This document shows, in pieces, positions 1 to 14,000 of a DNA stretch of 64,000 nt; position 1 is the first letter of the stretch, and each line of letters starts with the position of its first letter. Origin of the DNA: Octopus bimaculoides (taxonomy: Eukaryota). Where the stretch lies: contig NC_068982.1 of the NCBI RefSeq assembly GCF_001194135.2, forward strand, positions 185,258,825 to 185,322,824. Reading direction: 5' to 3'. Both the position numbers and the translations under genes were made by a program. The notes under the pieces are model-generated. The model made no database searches. It saw only the letters and a program-made list of their open reading frames with translations, and was not told the DNA's origin.

Positions 1-310
1 CCTTCGTAGGATTTTCGAACGAGATCGTTGCCAGTGCCCCTGGACTGGCTCTTGTGTGGGTGGCACATAAAATACACCATTTTGAGCGAGGCCGTTGCCA
101 GTACAGTGTGACTGGCCTTTGTGCGGGTGACACGTAAAAGCACCCACTACACTCTTGGAGTGGTTGGCGTTAGGAAGGGTATCCAGCTGTAGAAACTCTG
201 CCAAATCAGATTGGAGCCTGGTGTTGCCATCCGGTTTCACCAGTCCTCAGTCAAATCGTCCAACCCATGCTAGCATGGAAAGCAGACGTTAAACGATGAT
301 GATGATGATG
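1..310 (+). mobile_element. RTE-clade LINE 3' UTR fragment with (GAT)n tail
   Basis: Ends GGAGTGGTTGGCGTTAGGAAGGG..CCATGCTAGCATGGAAAGCAGACGTTAAACGATGATGATG. Near-identical to 17515-17953, and homologous copies elsewhere follow an RTE ORF C-terminus (GRPRKTW). Confidence 0.85.
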
Positions 311-481
311 ACTGCTCATTACATTTCTCATTTGAAAATGAACTTCTCATATGAAGGGCCAGGTGTGAGACATTAGATTTCTGGTCTGATAGTCTGAGAG
401 AAAAATCCATAAAATGCATGCATAGTGAGACTTAATTTCTATATCCTTAGAATCAAATACATACATATATGTGTATGTGTG

Positions 482-858
482 TATAATTATCACTAAATAT
501 GTCTAGGGTGTTAGGACACCTACATTGCTAGAAATAAGAGCTTAAAAGCTCTAATGCTGTAGATAAAGCACATAATTGTATACATATGTACTGACAGGGA
601 ATGTAATCACCCAAAAACACTGGTCAAGAATTCCCTATATTGATCAATCAGTTCTGGCTAATTCTGTAGCCTCATCGATACCTGAAACTGACCAATCAGT
701 ATAGGGAATTCCTGACCAGTGTTTTTGGGCGATTACAGTTCCTGTTAGTACACATGTGTACAATTATGTGCTTTAAACAACAGCATAAGAACAGTTTAGC
801 TCTTATTTCTAGCAATGTAGTTGTTCTAGCACCTTAGTCATATTTAGTGACAATTATA
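482..858. mobile_element. MITE-like palindromic element, about 170-bp inverted arms, TA-flanked
   Basis: Left arm TATAATTATCACTAAATATGTCTAGGGTG...GAATTCCCTATA matches the reverse complement of 690-858 along its length, around a spacer of about 40 bp. Confidence 0.85.
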
Positions 859-3436
859 GTTTTCCTTTTGGGTAACACATTGCACACGTGTCTATATATT
901 TATATATACTGTTCAAACATATATATTATTTGAACTTGAAAGTAAATATTGTAAAGATTGTATCACTGTAACAACAGCAGTAACAACAACAATGATGGCA
1001 GGGTGGGGTGGGACAATAACAATATAACAGTAGCAGCTAACAGTAGTAACAAATGAATCGATGGTAAGTCTTTAGACTTTATCCAGGTGTGATGATTTAG
1101 TTAGATTAGAAAACTAAGATATGTTCAACCTTTCACCATTGATACAAATACCCATTTACCTGTCCACTTGGCAGTCAAATAATGTCCACTTATCAATGAA
1201 ACTAGAAACTAGCCGGTTCCTTTATAGCCTACATGTATATACTTGTCACCACTCCAAATTATGTTGGCTGTATTGTCTAAAAATAATTTAACTGATTCCT
1301 TGTTTATTTTTTTGAATTTTAAGGAAACTTCAGTAACCGCTTGACCTGCAAGAAATAGCAACCAAATTTCTTCAAATTATACACTTCCATCTAAGAAAAG
1401 AACACATTAAATAATATAGTCCAGAGGTCACCATTCATAGGAACAAGATAAGATAGTCACAATTGGATTGCTTTTGATCAAAAGTTTACTCATTGACAGT
1501 TGATTTGGGATTATACAACAATTGTGAACAGGAATAATCTCTGTTGCTTGTAGTTTTTTTAATTCGCTACATTTTTATGTCCTGTGCTGAGTAGGAAAAT
1601 ACTTAAAAGTGACTTTCATTGTCCTCGTTTTGCTAAGAGATGATTGTTACAAGTGACAATCAGGTTAGCTTATGACATCATCATATTTAATTGCCATAAA
1701 TCTTATCAAATTCAGAGTAAAAAACTTGTAGACATAAGTAATTTTTTCCATTATTAAGCATGTTTGGAACTGAATAAAATGTCCTCATATAAAAATATGA
1801 AGGGAGGTTTTAATCTAAATATGAATATTTAAAAAGATTCCATATTTCGAGAATTTGAGGTGATGGTCACAGGTAGGTTGGTATGAAAATGATAAAAGAA
1901 AGGACACATTGGCATTGAATAATAATATAGACCTAGATACACAATGTCTGAAAATTAGATGGGATGGTCACGATTGGAATACTTTTGGTTATAGGTGTGC
2001 TTGATCAAGGCTTGCCTGAACCTAAACACCGATAAGTTGGGTAATGTAGCTGTAGATATGCTATGTCAAAAAAAAAACCCCAAAAAACCCAAAAAGGATG
2101 CACTATTGGAATGATTTTTTAATATGGGAGTTAGCTAAACCAGGATTGACCTGGAGCCAAACAACAGCCACATGAAGGCTGAACTTCCTAATTTTCTCCC
2201 TCCTTTAGAATAAAAAAATAAATTTTACAAGTGAGGAATTGGTCCAATGCATCACATTGCAGTTGTTCAGCATGGTTTTGGATTCATATTCTACTGGATT
2301 CCAGTTTGACTATCATTGGTAAAATACCAGTATTATCACAAAATTGACTCTACACTAGTCTTAAAGTATTTCTAGTAGTAGTGCTGGATTAAATATGTCA
2401 AAGCAGTGAACCTCAAACTTATTCTGTTGTGGTAAACCCATTACCTCCCATAACTCTATTAACTGGAATTTTTTATGAAACTTTGATTTCTAGCATAAAA
2501 CAGCCTTAGAAACACACTGGAATGATCAAAATAACATTTTAAATAGAAATAAGCGAGATATTGGGTGAAAAATTAGCAAACCTCATTTGAATATCAGAGA
2601 AATATACCTAGTAGATATAGCAAAAAGGTTAGATATGTGTAAATATTGACAGATAATTAAGAAATTTGTAATTTTTAAGTGATCTCATATGAGATCACTG
2701 GTAGGTAATGGGTTAAACAGTTTAATATGGGTGGGAGGGAAGTCATAGAGTGAGAATATGTTAAACAAAATCTTAATTCTTCCATCCTCTGTTTTAAATC
2801 ACAGACATTTTTCTATTAAACACTTGCAATAACATTACAATCCTAGCACCACTTCCCACCAACAACATTAATCTATAATCCAGGTTAAACATTAACAATG
2901 ATAATATCAGCGAACCATTCTGCTTTAATAAACTCCTGTGGGAGCTTCAAATTTCAACCTTGTTTCCTGTGTTGAATAACTAATCCCTCGGCAATTGTTC
3001 AGATTCCTCTGAGTAAGTTTACAAACTTCCAAACCTATGTCACATAACTGTCCAGGAAATACTAGGAACAAGTAAAATAGAGATTTCTTACATAGGCAGA
3101 AGAAGTTTACTACACAAAAATATGGTTCTGGATTCAGTCCCATAATATGACACCTTTGCGAAAGTGTCTTCTATCATGGCCTCACATCGAATTGTAAATT
3201 ACTTTTATTCCCTTACTTCTTTCAGTCATTTAACAGCAGCCATGCTGGAGCACCGCCGTAAAGGGTTTTTAGTTGAAGAAATCAACCCCTGAACTTATCT
3301 CTTGTAAGCTTAGTACTTATTCCATCAGTCTATTTTGCTGAACTGCTAAGTTACAGGGATGTAAACATACCAACATCAGTTGTCAAGTGATAGTAGGGGG
3401 ACAAACACAAGATCACACACACATAAATATAAACGG

Positions 3437-4538
3437 GATGTTAGGGTTCATGGAGGAAATGTTTGGTGAGATGAGGTTCTAGAGAAGACTCACCCACATC
3501 AGCAAAACCGACTGCTAGAAGTGTTGTGTCCCACCTGCACATAACAATAAACATTTTACACACCCTACCCCAAGAAACCGAACTACATCTCCTCTTCATA
3601 CATTATGACTGTCTCCCTCTCCCATTCGCTGCCCTCACTGCATAGCTATTTTCCTCCACCCCATCTTTATACCCAGGTTTTTGCCAGTCACTGCAATTCC
3701 CACTCCCTTCTCATGCCTTCTCGGCAATACCTGACTGCATATATTATGACCTCCGTACCTTGAGGGCATGCCCTGACAATTGCCACCACTTATCTCTCTC
3801 TTCCTTACCCTACCATCACATCCATGCTCTGATCCTTATTACTTGTGAGTATACCCTGGTACTTCACTATCTCTCTCCTGCTCTTTCTTACACTTTTGCT
3901 GTTTCCCCCCACCTCTCTCTCTCTCTTTCCTTTGCTCTTCCTTCTAGCTGGGTAGCCATGTATCTCCTCTACAGCAGCACACCTATATCTGCCCTCATTC
4001 TCGATCACTCTCTCTCCTCTTACTTTTCCCTCTGACTAGGTAACCAAGTATCTCCTATACATCAGCACACCTGTTTATCCTCTTTCTTGTACCTTTCCTC
4101 CCCTCTCTCACCAGGTACCCATGTACTTCCTCTACAGCAAGACATCTGTTTCTGCCAATCTGTTCCTCTGACATACTCTAACCTTTCATCATCTGACACA
4201 AGATCCCCTCCTCCAATGCCCTTACCCCTCTCAAAATTCCTTGTCTTCCAAGTAATTGGTAACCCTGCCAGTGCTGGTGCCTTGTAAAAAGCATCCAGTC
4301 CACACTGTAAAGTGGTTGGCATTTGGAAAGGCATCCAGCTGTAAAAATCATGCCAAAACTAACCTTGCCTGTGCTAGTGCCACATAAAAAGCACTGAGTC
4401 CACTCAGGAAGGGCATTCATCCGTAAAAACCCTGCCAAAACAGACACAGTAGCCTGGGGTAGTCTTCTACCTGGCTGGCTCCTGTCAACCATTCTATCCA
4501 TGCATGCATGGAAGATGGACATTAAATGATGATGATGA
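3437..4538 (+). mobile_element. RTE LINE 3' end, long-UTR subfamily (about 1 kb pyrimidine-rich 3' UTR)
   Basis: Homologous to 54235-55452 (+) and 51751-53300 (-). Ends GCATGGAAGATGGACATTAAATGATGATGATG. Confidence 0.75.
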
Positions 4539-6172
4539 TATGATGGGCTCCTTTCAGTTTCTGTCTACTAAATCCACTTACAATGCTTTGGCTGGCCTGA
4601 GGCTATAATAGAAGACACTGCTAAATTCATTGTCTTTTTACCCTTTGGTTACCATATTTCTGTTATTATCTTTATCGTTATTAAACTGGTGTCTGGGACA
4701 TAAAACTTTACATCAAAATTTCATTTGTGTTACTTAACTGAAACCATTAAATTTGTGTCACAGAACCATGGGCAGTTTCAGGTGGGTTGATATCAAAGGA
4801 GTTAAGAAACTAATTAGCTCTTCCACAATGTAATTGCTTCAGTTTCAACACAGTCTTAATTAGGTCACTCACTAGAGAAGTACAACTTCAAAATAAATAT
4901 ATATCACCAACATTTTGACATTCGTTTTTTTCCAATGCTAGCATGGGTTAGATGATACTTATTGAGGCAGATTTCTGATGACTGGATGCTCATCCTATCA
5001 CCAAACCCCACTTATTTTTCATTCTACATCATCACATGTTCACTGAACTATGGGATATTTATTCACTGGAGAAAGCAAAAAATGTTGGGTTTTTGTACAG
5101 TCCCTGTCTACCAATTACATTCACAAGACTTGGTCACACTGAGGCTACATAGTAGGAAGTAGTAAGTAGACTCTAATGGAAACTTGTAACCAATGGCACA
5201 ACTGTTTAGAAAATGAGACAAAATAAGGTCAGGTATTTGGAGGTAAGGGTATATTTGTCTAGGGCCGTAACAATACTATCAAACCTCTTAGAGACAGAAG
5301 AGATAAAATGACCAAATAATTACAATTGTACTAAACTAGGATTCCATCAGTTTGTGAGATAGCATCTATGTAATCAGAGCAATTCATCCATCAGTTCAAA
5401 ATCTCAATAAACTACCAAGCTAACTAGATTTAAAACAGAGACCAAGGCAAATAGGTAGAGGAACTTCTAAGTAATCTCTCAAATTAATTCAATGTACCAG
5501 CTAAATCTCCTTCAGTAAATATTTATGAAATAACTTGCACCACTGACTTTAGCAGTTAAACTTACTCACAAAATTCTTCTTTGAAATATAACTAGCCTAG
5601 ATGACACTGACAGAGCATGTCTGCATCCACTTGATTTACTAAAAGTAGCAGCTAAATTCCTTTGAATAGACACTTATCAATCTTAAAAATAAGAACCATA
5701 TGAGCCAAGGAGGAAGTTTCTGAGTACATTACTTAGACAATGGAACAATCAAATCTTTAGCAACTAAAATTTTAGCATCTTGCACATCATTGCTTTCATA
5801 TCAATGTTTATTTTCTTATGTTACACATCAGTTGGGCAGGTCAGTCACCCTGCATATTACTAGACAGCCCCTCATCAGTGAGGTTCAACATCCTGTGAGA
5901 GAACGACACCACTTCCTACCATTGCTAACATGCATTGTTTATGTGAGCATATAACAAAAAAGTGACGGAATCTTCATGTGGTTACATAATCTGTTAGAAG
6001 TAACAATCAAATCCCCTTGAATCATACCTTAATGTCATAAAAAAAAACAAAAAAACACACACACACAGAAGATAATGTAATTTTAGGTAAACTATATCTG
6101 AATAAACAATGTTGTGAGTCATGAATGGAGGACCTTTGATCAGGTCTATATCAAATAGGAATAGAGCTAGGG

Positions 6173-6390
6173 CTAACCCTTTAGCATTCAGATCAGTCTA
6201 TCAAATGTAATACTTATTGTTTTGAATTAATCATATATTATCATGAAGTTTAGAGATTTCGATGATGTGATGGTATATTTTTAGAATGACATTGATGGGT
6301 AGGTGTGAAAGGCCAGGTCTGGTTGGTTTGAACATAAATCAGGTAGAATATTTTGGCTAGATATGACCAGTTTAAATGCTAAAGGGTGAA
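6173..6390. mobile_element. piggyBac-like MITE
   Basis: Termini (C)TAA-CCCTTTAGCATT ... AATGCTAAAGGG-TGAA: CCC/GGG TIRs with decayed TTAA target duplications. Confidence 0.7.
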
Positions 6391-6628
6391 ACAACAACCA
6401 CCATCACCAACTTATTACATGACTAAACTATCTTTAAAATGGACACTACATATATCTTAAACTCTAAATCAATAAAGGTGAATTGAATGCTGGTCAAATG
6501 TTGAAACCCCACTCATTAAAAAACCCCAGATATTACATGTCTAAACATATGAAGTAGAGGTGACTAAATATAAACAACAACAACAACAAATACTCACACT
6601 CTCTGTCATAGTTCAAAGTTCATACATA

Positions 6629-7090
6629 CATCATCATCATCATCATCGTTTAACGCCCGCTTTCCATGCTGGTATGGGTTGGACGATTTGACTGAGGACT
6701 GGCAAGCCAGAAGGCTGCACCAGGCTCCAATCTGATCTGGCAGTGTTTCTACAGCTGGATGCCCTTCCTAACGCCAACCACTCCGAGAGTGTAGTCGGTG
6801 CCTTTACATGCCACCGGCACGAGGGCCAGTCACACGGTACTGGCAACGGCCACGCTCAAAAGGTGTTTTTTACGTGCCACCTGCACAGGAGCCAGTCCAG
6901 CGGCACTGACAACGACCTCGCTCGAATGATTTTCTAACGTGTCACCAGCACAAGTGCTAGAAGGCAATGCTGGTAATGGTTAAGCTCTAATGGTGCTATT
7001 TACGGGCCACTAGCACGGAAGCCAGACAGCTGCTCTGGCAATGAACACGCTCGACAGTGCTGTTAGTGTTCCACTGGCACGGTGACCAGT
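6629..7090 (-). mobile_element. RTE LINE 3' UTR with (CAT)n tail on + strand
   Basis: Reverse complement of the family at 1-310, with internal repeated TGCCAGT..TGG modules. Confidence 0.85.
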
Positions 7091-8112
7091 CATCAAGTAT
7101 TTCAATATATCATATATACAGAGTGTGAGAGGTATCCAAGGACATAATTGGTAATTTACTAAAACAACTGTAATCTAACAAAAACCAAATGCATTTTAAT
7201 AAAAATCTGCACACATGTTCTCGATAAGCTTTCTAAGATTTTCTATAAATTCACCTTCAGCTTTGATGATTTTTAGTGTAAGAGTAGAATCTTCGACATG
7301 CTTGCACAAAATGGTCTTTATTCATTTTGGACATCACCTGGACAATGGTGACCTTCAGTGTAGCTGTGGTACTGGAGGTTGTCAATTAGTCTCCCTTTCA
7401 ACCACATTGCGAACGTAGAAGTTATTGAGATTTAAATCAGGCAAGTTTGGAGACCACAAATTTAGTATTACGTTTGTAAAGATTGTCCGACTCCTATTTT
7501 TGGGTTATATAGGCTTTGTAAGAAGGTGCTGTCGTATTGAAACACATATGGCCTTTCCTTGCTTACTTCATCTATCCAGGGATTAACAACTGTCTTCAGT
7601 ACCTCAATGTATCCATCAGCATGAATTCTAAAACCTTGTGGAAAGATGTGAGGTGACGTGACCTTCATTAATCACCATTCCTAAAATCATCACAGTTGCT
7701 GGTAACTTAGTGTGAATCACTGTGGGGACATCAGAAGGATCTGCACACAACCATCTGTCTGATAGTTTACTCCGACACCTAAAATTCTCTCGTGGTGGCC
7801 CTCAAATGATTCAAGATCATCATTATAATGTTTTGAACCAGTTAGATGAATCGTGGTGTCCTTATAGTGTCTGAACATTCAGCATTATTTTTCCTCTTTG
7901 ATAGAGTGGAAATACTCCCACTACAAGCTTCCATGTCTATCCAAAATTTGGGTATAAAAAAAAATCTTTTGTAACATTTAGAAAGTTGGCAATTTCTGTA
8001 TCACTGCTGGTATTGCTGATGTGTCCTATTCATACAACAATTGCATGTCTCTTCATCTCATGAATTAGCATTTTATCTGACATGGGGATCTGAAAGAAAT
8101 AAAACTTTTTAG

Positions 8113-10332
8113 TTAATGTTTACAAGTACACCAGCACGAAAAAAATCGACCTTTTTTTATCATTTTTTGAAATATTTTCAGTGGATTCCTATGTTTTCGA
8201 TGACGGAGATTCTTAATATGCCAAAAACCATGTTTTCAAAATTTTCAATTCCCCCTCCCCACCCTAAAATTTTAAAATTTTAACTTTTTTTAGAATTTTT
8301 TTTTCAATCTATGTGGAAAAATATGGAGATTAAGAATATGGAAAAAAAATAATTAAAATCAAATTTTCTTTGAGGAAACTCCAAAATTGATTCATAACAT
8401 CCCTTGCCACCCCATTCCGTTGTCTAAAAGTGAAAATGAACAGCTTGTGTGTTTATGTGTGCACGTGTGAATGAACTGAGAAAATACACTGAAATATGTT
8501 TTACATACCTGCCGTATATGTTGGTTTTGCTTTTTCGCTTTAAAGGTGAACGGTCCTGATAGAAGCAAACATGATATTCAATATGTTTTGTTCTTCATTC
8601 AGAAAGAATAAAAACTTCATGTGACTTCATTCATGTGTATCCCCACCCACAAAAAAAAAAGTTTGTATATTCGGAATCTACATGATATAACATATATTCG
8701 TAGAAAATTTCATTAAAAAATATTCATTTTTCTGAAAGTTATGATCATCCAAAGTCGGTGGGACAGAAATCTGTAGTTATGCCTGGAATTTAAGTGCATG
8801 GTGTCCACAAAATTGACAATTGCTCCAGAGAAGGGAAGATAAGTTTTTGCAAATCAGATACTCCAGATCATTTCCAAGGGCACCATGAAAAGAAATCTGA
8901 AACATCTCCGTCAAAACGGAAAAATTCCAACTTCTTGGTGCTTCCTAACTCTGAAGTCGGCCTATATATGTATCTATGTGTATCTTTGTGTTTGACACCC
9001 TGTCACCGCTTATAACCGCTGTTGCTGAACATTATTTACAATGGAGAGATAGGTATCCTCATTGTGTTTGTTGTTATCACAACGTTTCACCTGATGTACT
9101 CTCCAGCCTTCATCCTGTATTCTGGTGGAATTTTGAACCCAACCCTTTATTTGACTAATGTTGCGGTGCGGTTTGGCAAAAAAACAAAACAATAGAATAA
9201 GTACTAAGCTTCAAAAATAAGGGATCGTCTTGTTCAACTAAAGCCCTTCAAGGCGATGCTCCAGCATGGCCACAATCAAGTGACTGAAACAAGTAAAGGA
9301 GTAACTCCACAATGTCACCTTTCTATAGTCTGAGTATGGAGCTTGTTATTTGGATAAAAAAAAAATTCAGTGAATCACTGACCCACATAAAAAGACCCCG
9401 ATTGAATATCAAACATGTTTCATGAAATTTTGATATGTTACTGGGCACAACTACAAATTTCTGCCCTCCACTAACTTTGGACGATCATAAGTTTCAGAAA
9501 AATGGATAATTGTTAGTGAAATCTTCTACGAATGTGTTATATCATGTAGATTCCGAATACGCAAAAATTTTTTTTTGGGGGGGGGGGGGAATTTCAGAAA
9601 ATTCACTGGAGTCCACTTCAGTTCATCATAACTTTCAAGAAAATAGATATTTTTTAATGAAATTCTCTACAAATATACTTCAGATTATGTGGATTCCAAG
9701 GGCATGGGAATTTTTGGGGAAAATAATTGGGAGTTATTTTTGAGAACCGTTCCCCACTCGCGGGTGTTTCTGAACAAGTCCATGTTTGTAGAGAATTTCA
9801 TTAAAAAATATCCATTTTCTTGAAATTTCTGAATCCCCACCACCAAAAAAAAAAAAAAGGCTGTATCCTTATGCCACATATTTTATGCCCTTTAGAAATA
9901 ATTCCTGATAGACAAGGGGCTTTCACAGTCTTCATATTCTTAACTGCTACCAAGAAGAATGGTTGGACCCTCACTTATGTTCACATTAGGACAGCTCTCT
10001 CACATTTAGTAGCTTTTCATATTTGCAAGCTGTTCATTTTCACTTTTAAATAGCAGGATGAAGTGGCAAGGGGGTGTATGAATCAATTTTGGAGTTTCCT
10101 CATAGAAAATTTGAAATTAATTATTCTCTTTTTTTCCGTATTCTTAATTTCCATATTTTCCCATGTAGATTGAAAAAAAAAAAAAAAATCCGAAAAAAGT
10201 TAAAATTTAAAAATTTGGGGTAGCGAGGGGGAATTGAAAATTTCGAAAACATAGTTTTTGGTATATTCAGAATCTCTGTCATCGAAAACAAAAGGTCAAT
10301 TTTTTTCACGCTGGTATACTTGTAAACATTAA
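8113..10332. mobile_element. Foldback-type DNA element with long inverted arms
   Basis: Outer arms 8113-8449 and 10025-10332 are reverse complements (TTAATGTTTACAAGTA...GAGGAAACTCCAAAATTGATTCATA). An inner inverted pair lies at 8641-8783 and 9444-9590. TTAA is present at both ends. Confidence 0.8.
9168..9304 (+). mobile_element. SINE family A, 3' tail fragment inserted within the foldback
   Basis: TAGAATAAGTACT...GGCGATGCTCCAGCATGGCCACAATCAAGTGACTGAAACAAGTAAAGGAG. Confidence 0.75.
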
Positions 10333-10669
10333 TCAACTTCTTAACTGGTTTGGAGAGAGTAACACACCAATCATTAAGTACCCTCAAATACCCCTTGCAC
10401 CCTATATAGATCGTGTGAGTGTATTTATATGGTATAGGGCAGTGCTCCACAACTGGTACACCATGGTGTAACCTGAATATCATTTTTTCCCCCATGCTTT
10501 TTGTTATAGTTTTAGTTCAGGTGTACTGCTGAATTTTGAAAAGAATATAAGTATACTGAAAGTGAAAAAAAGGTTGCGGAGCACTGGTTTAGGGCTACAT
10601 TTGAACAGAAACACCTTGCAGTGTTCACCAATTTAGTTACCTCCCTTTGCATCTCAACACATCACAAGG

Positions 10670-11070
10670 CCAGTCAGTGGATGGGTGGAACATGCAGTGC
10701 GGTCTGTGAATGCAGAGGACATACAATGTCAGTATGCACACATAACAGAATGTAACTTAAGAAAAAAATTGGATATAAGGCATCAGATGTAGTGTGCGAG
10801 AGACCGCTAGTATCATTATGTGATGCATACAGATGGGGAGACAGCTGATCTTTAACTGTGGAAGAGGTAGACCAAGGAAGACATGGTGAAGTATAATCTT
10901 CGGATGCCAAGTCTCACCGAGGCAATGACAAGTGACTGAGACCTTTGGCGATTTGTTGTGCCTTAGAAGACTCATCAAGCTGAATGAAATTGTAGTCATG
11001 GCCAGTGCTGGTGACATGCAAAAGGCATCCAGTACACTCTGTAAAGTGGCTGGTGTTGGAAGTAAGTTTG
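10670..11070 (+). mobile_element. Decayed RTE LINE ORF C-terminus plus 3' UTR start
   Basis: TGTGGAAGAGGTAGACCAAGGAAGACATGG (CGRGRPRKTW) followed by the family UTR. Confidence 0.7.
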
Positions 11071-14000
11071 CAGCATAGAACCAAGGGAGGTGTCAGGCAG
11101 GTTGGTATCAAAAGCATTATTACAAGTATTTTGCTGAAAGGCACAATCTTATGTGTATGAATTCACAACCAAAGTGTTGACACACAGTATAAAACCTAAT
11201 GAACATACGAAGACAAATGGCATGCTCTAGTATGGATGAAATTCCTATTTACTGTAGTAAAGGAAAGCAATCTAAGAGTTCTGGCCACTCTGAAATGTAA
11301 AGGATTAGGCCAGAGAAGGTTTGAAGTCCAGTAAGGAAACCTCTTTGGTGTTAGTGTTGTCACATTTTTCCTTTTCTTTTTTAAGCTATGCAATATAACT
11401 AGTAACACATGCAATATAACTAGTATAAAAATATATAATTTCATATCAACAATATCATAATCAGTGAACATCATTATCATTAGCAATTTAATTTTTAAAC
11501 ATGAACAGAAATATAAATACAGAGACAAAAGATACCCAGAATACTTTGTAAATGAATGAGATTTTTTTTTCTTTTTTTTACAAATGTTTATTTTACAATA
11601 TATATATAAATATTGCTGCATAGTGAAGATGGTAGCAAGCTCTGGTATAGTGCGAGGGCAAGTAATGATGAATTTAGGGAACCTAGAAGCTGCCCACTGG
11701 TTGAGATCACTATTGCTTCAGAACATTTATACATATGAACATAGATGTAATAGGTTAGTTGTGAAATCAGAGTTAACTTGTCTACAATCAAAAACAATGA
11801 AAAATTTAATCTCTACAAATACTATCTTTTGATTATTATTATTATTATTATTATTACTTTAACTAAGCTGTATGGTTGGAAAGTTGTTGACAAAATAATT
11901 GTACAACACATTGGAATTAATACTATTTTAATTAAGACAGGAAGCTTTTGCAACATATACCTATTGAATTGTGAAACATAAAAATGACATCTTTCAAACT
12001 GAAAGCAGTAGACAAAAATATTCTTGGTCTAACTCTTCCTATCCAAAAACTCTCTCTCAGCCTACATTTCCCCTTTATCCACTAACCTGCAACAGTTTAA
12101 CATGGACCCCACTCAGTCATTTTTCTCGAACCTAGTTAAACAGGCTCAAGAAAGATATTGGATATTACTCTTCCTTAAAACTAGCATGAGTGACTGGCTG
12201 CAGGTAACTTGGATGCCCTGTCTATCGGAGTAAAAAATGAGTGCAGATATCAAGTCAACAACATGCAAGAAGCTGCCTTAATGGATCTTCTCTACATGGT
12301 ATAAATTTAATAAAATTATCTTGTGATCAGACTAATTTATCTAAGCCATAGCGAATTAAAATATTGGCTTTTTTCCTCTGGATCATTAGTCACTTCTGTT
12401 GATCAAGTATCAGATTTTTGGTGCCATAACCTTCCTACAGACATATGGCAAATAAAATACAAGATTCCAGGAGAAATGCTTAATACACACAATATAAACA
12501 TGGTAGAGGAAGTATAAACAATTTGTTGAAACTTCAAAGAAATACAGAACTCGGTTAGTTTCACATATTTTATGATCACCGAATTAATTACCTTAGCGCA
12601 CACAATTGAAGATCACGCAGGAACTAAACTTTCACTTCAGATTAACAATGTGCTTGCATTTTATGGTAAACCTTTTATCAAAACGGTCACAGCTTAGCAC
12701 AGCAGAGGTCTACCATATAGAAATGACCCTAAACTGCTGCATCAGGTTCACCCAGTGAAAGTAAACACAGCTTGCCACAAAAAATGTGTACTATGTGAGA
12801 ATAATCAACTTGTATATCCATGTGGGAATTACTTCAATAATATACAGACCAAAGACATGGAATAGTTACATACGCCTGGTATATCTAAAGTTTGTAAAGA
12901 AAATGTTCATTAACGACAAAAATAATTCTTGAAATGTTTGTGTAAGTGTAAACTTGAGTAACTCAAGATTGTCAGTCAAGCTTACAGTAAAAGAATTCTA
13001 GATTACTGTAGTCAACAATCAATTGTATAACACCATCATTATATTTGTATACAGTGAAGCAGTTGGGAATTCTATAACCCACAACGCTATCGTTCATAAA
13101 GCGCGAATGTGAGGTTACTGGCATGATACACACGCCTCAGACTGGGTTACGACTATTGCTACCTTGTTAACACATTAAATGCTACTTCCCACGTTATTTC
13201 AAAATCCACCACCACCACCAGCATTGACATCTGAGAAAAAAAAAACTTTGGATGTTATCATTTCATTATTATTCTAAAACAATAATTAATAAAAAGAAAA
13301 GTCAGTAGTAAAAAATAGCACTGAATAAACAAAACGTTTCCCTGAGTGTCTATCATTACGTGCAGACCACTAATGCAACCACTGACAAACCGACTCAATA
13401 CCAGTGGTAGTAATAGTTGCGGGAGGGGGAATTGAGACAACGTGACAAGGTGTTTTTGTAACTGTAAATAGATGAACTAATTGGTATACATTGGTGACGA
13501 GGTGGGGTAATGCACCGAGCTTTGATTGACATCCCCTTATTCCAGGCCATTCGTCGGACTCGATACTAAACCCTAAAATAAACAGAGAACTAAATACACT
13601 GTATAGTTTTCATGAAATTAATTTATGGATGAATTTTTTTTTTTTCTTTTGATAGAAATATGAACAATTGTAAACTTCAAGCAAATACAAGTAGACGTGT
13701 GTAGATGTGTGAAAGTATGTTGTATATATGACACACCCACGTGTTAGTATGTTTGCAAGTAACATCCATTGTATTGAAAGGGTGGATAAAAAGAATATAA
13801 AAAGCGAGAGAAGAGTCAAAGAAAGCTATTTTCACACAAATATTAAATAAAACGTTAACATTTCTCCCAAATTATTGGGATGTGCCATTCGCTTTCAAAG
13901 ACTTGTTTGGGTGTTAAGTAAACAAAGCTAAAAGACTATTCAAACTATATTCAATAAACACATCAGTTTCTCAACCAACGACAGACGTTCGAAACGAAGT

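Larger units (their letters stand above)
7117..10406 (-). mobile_element. Decayed Tc1/mariner (DDxD, maT-like) transposon interrupted by a foldback insertion
   Basis: Minus-strand remnants resemble GYIEVLKTVVNPW..RPYVFQYDS and WSPNLPDLN (family consensus FQQDSAP / WPPNSPDLNP). Diverged TIRs TA-CAGAGTGTGAGAGGTATCCAAGG (7117) and TA-TAGGGTGCAAGGGGTATTTGAGG (reverse complement ending 10406). Confidence 0.75.

Noticed and set aside
13163-13231. 68-nt minus-strand exon candidate (T-tract-CTCAG|ATGTCAATG...AAG|GTAGCA)
   Set aside because: The donor is weak, two frames are closed and the open frame resembles nothing known. It is mentioned only as context in the CpG-region finding.
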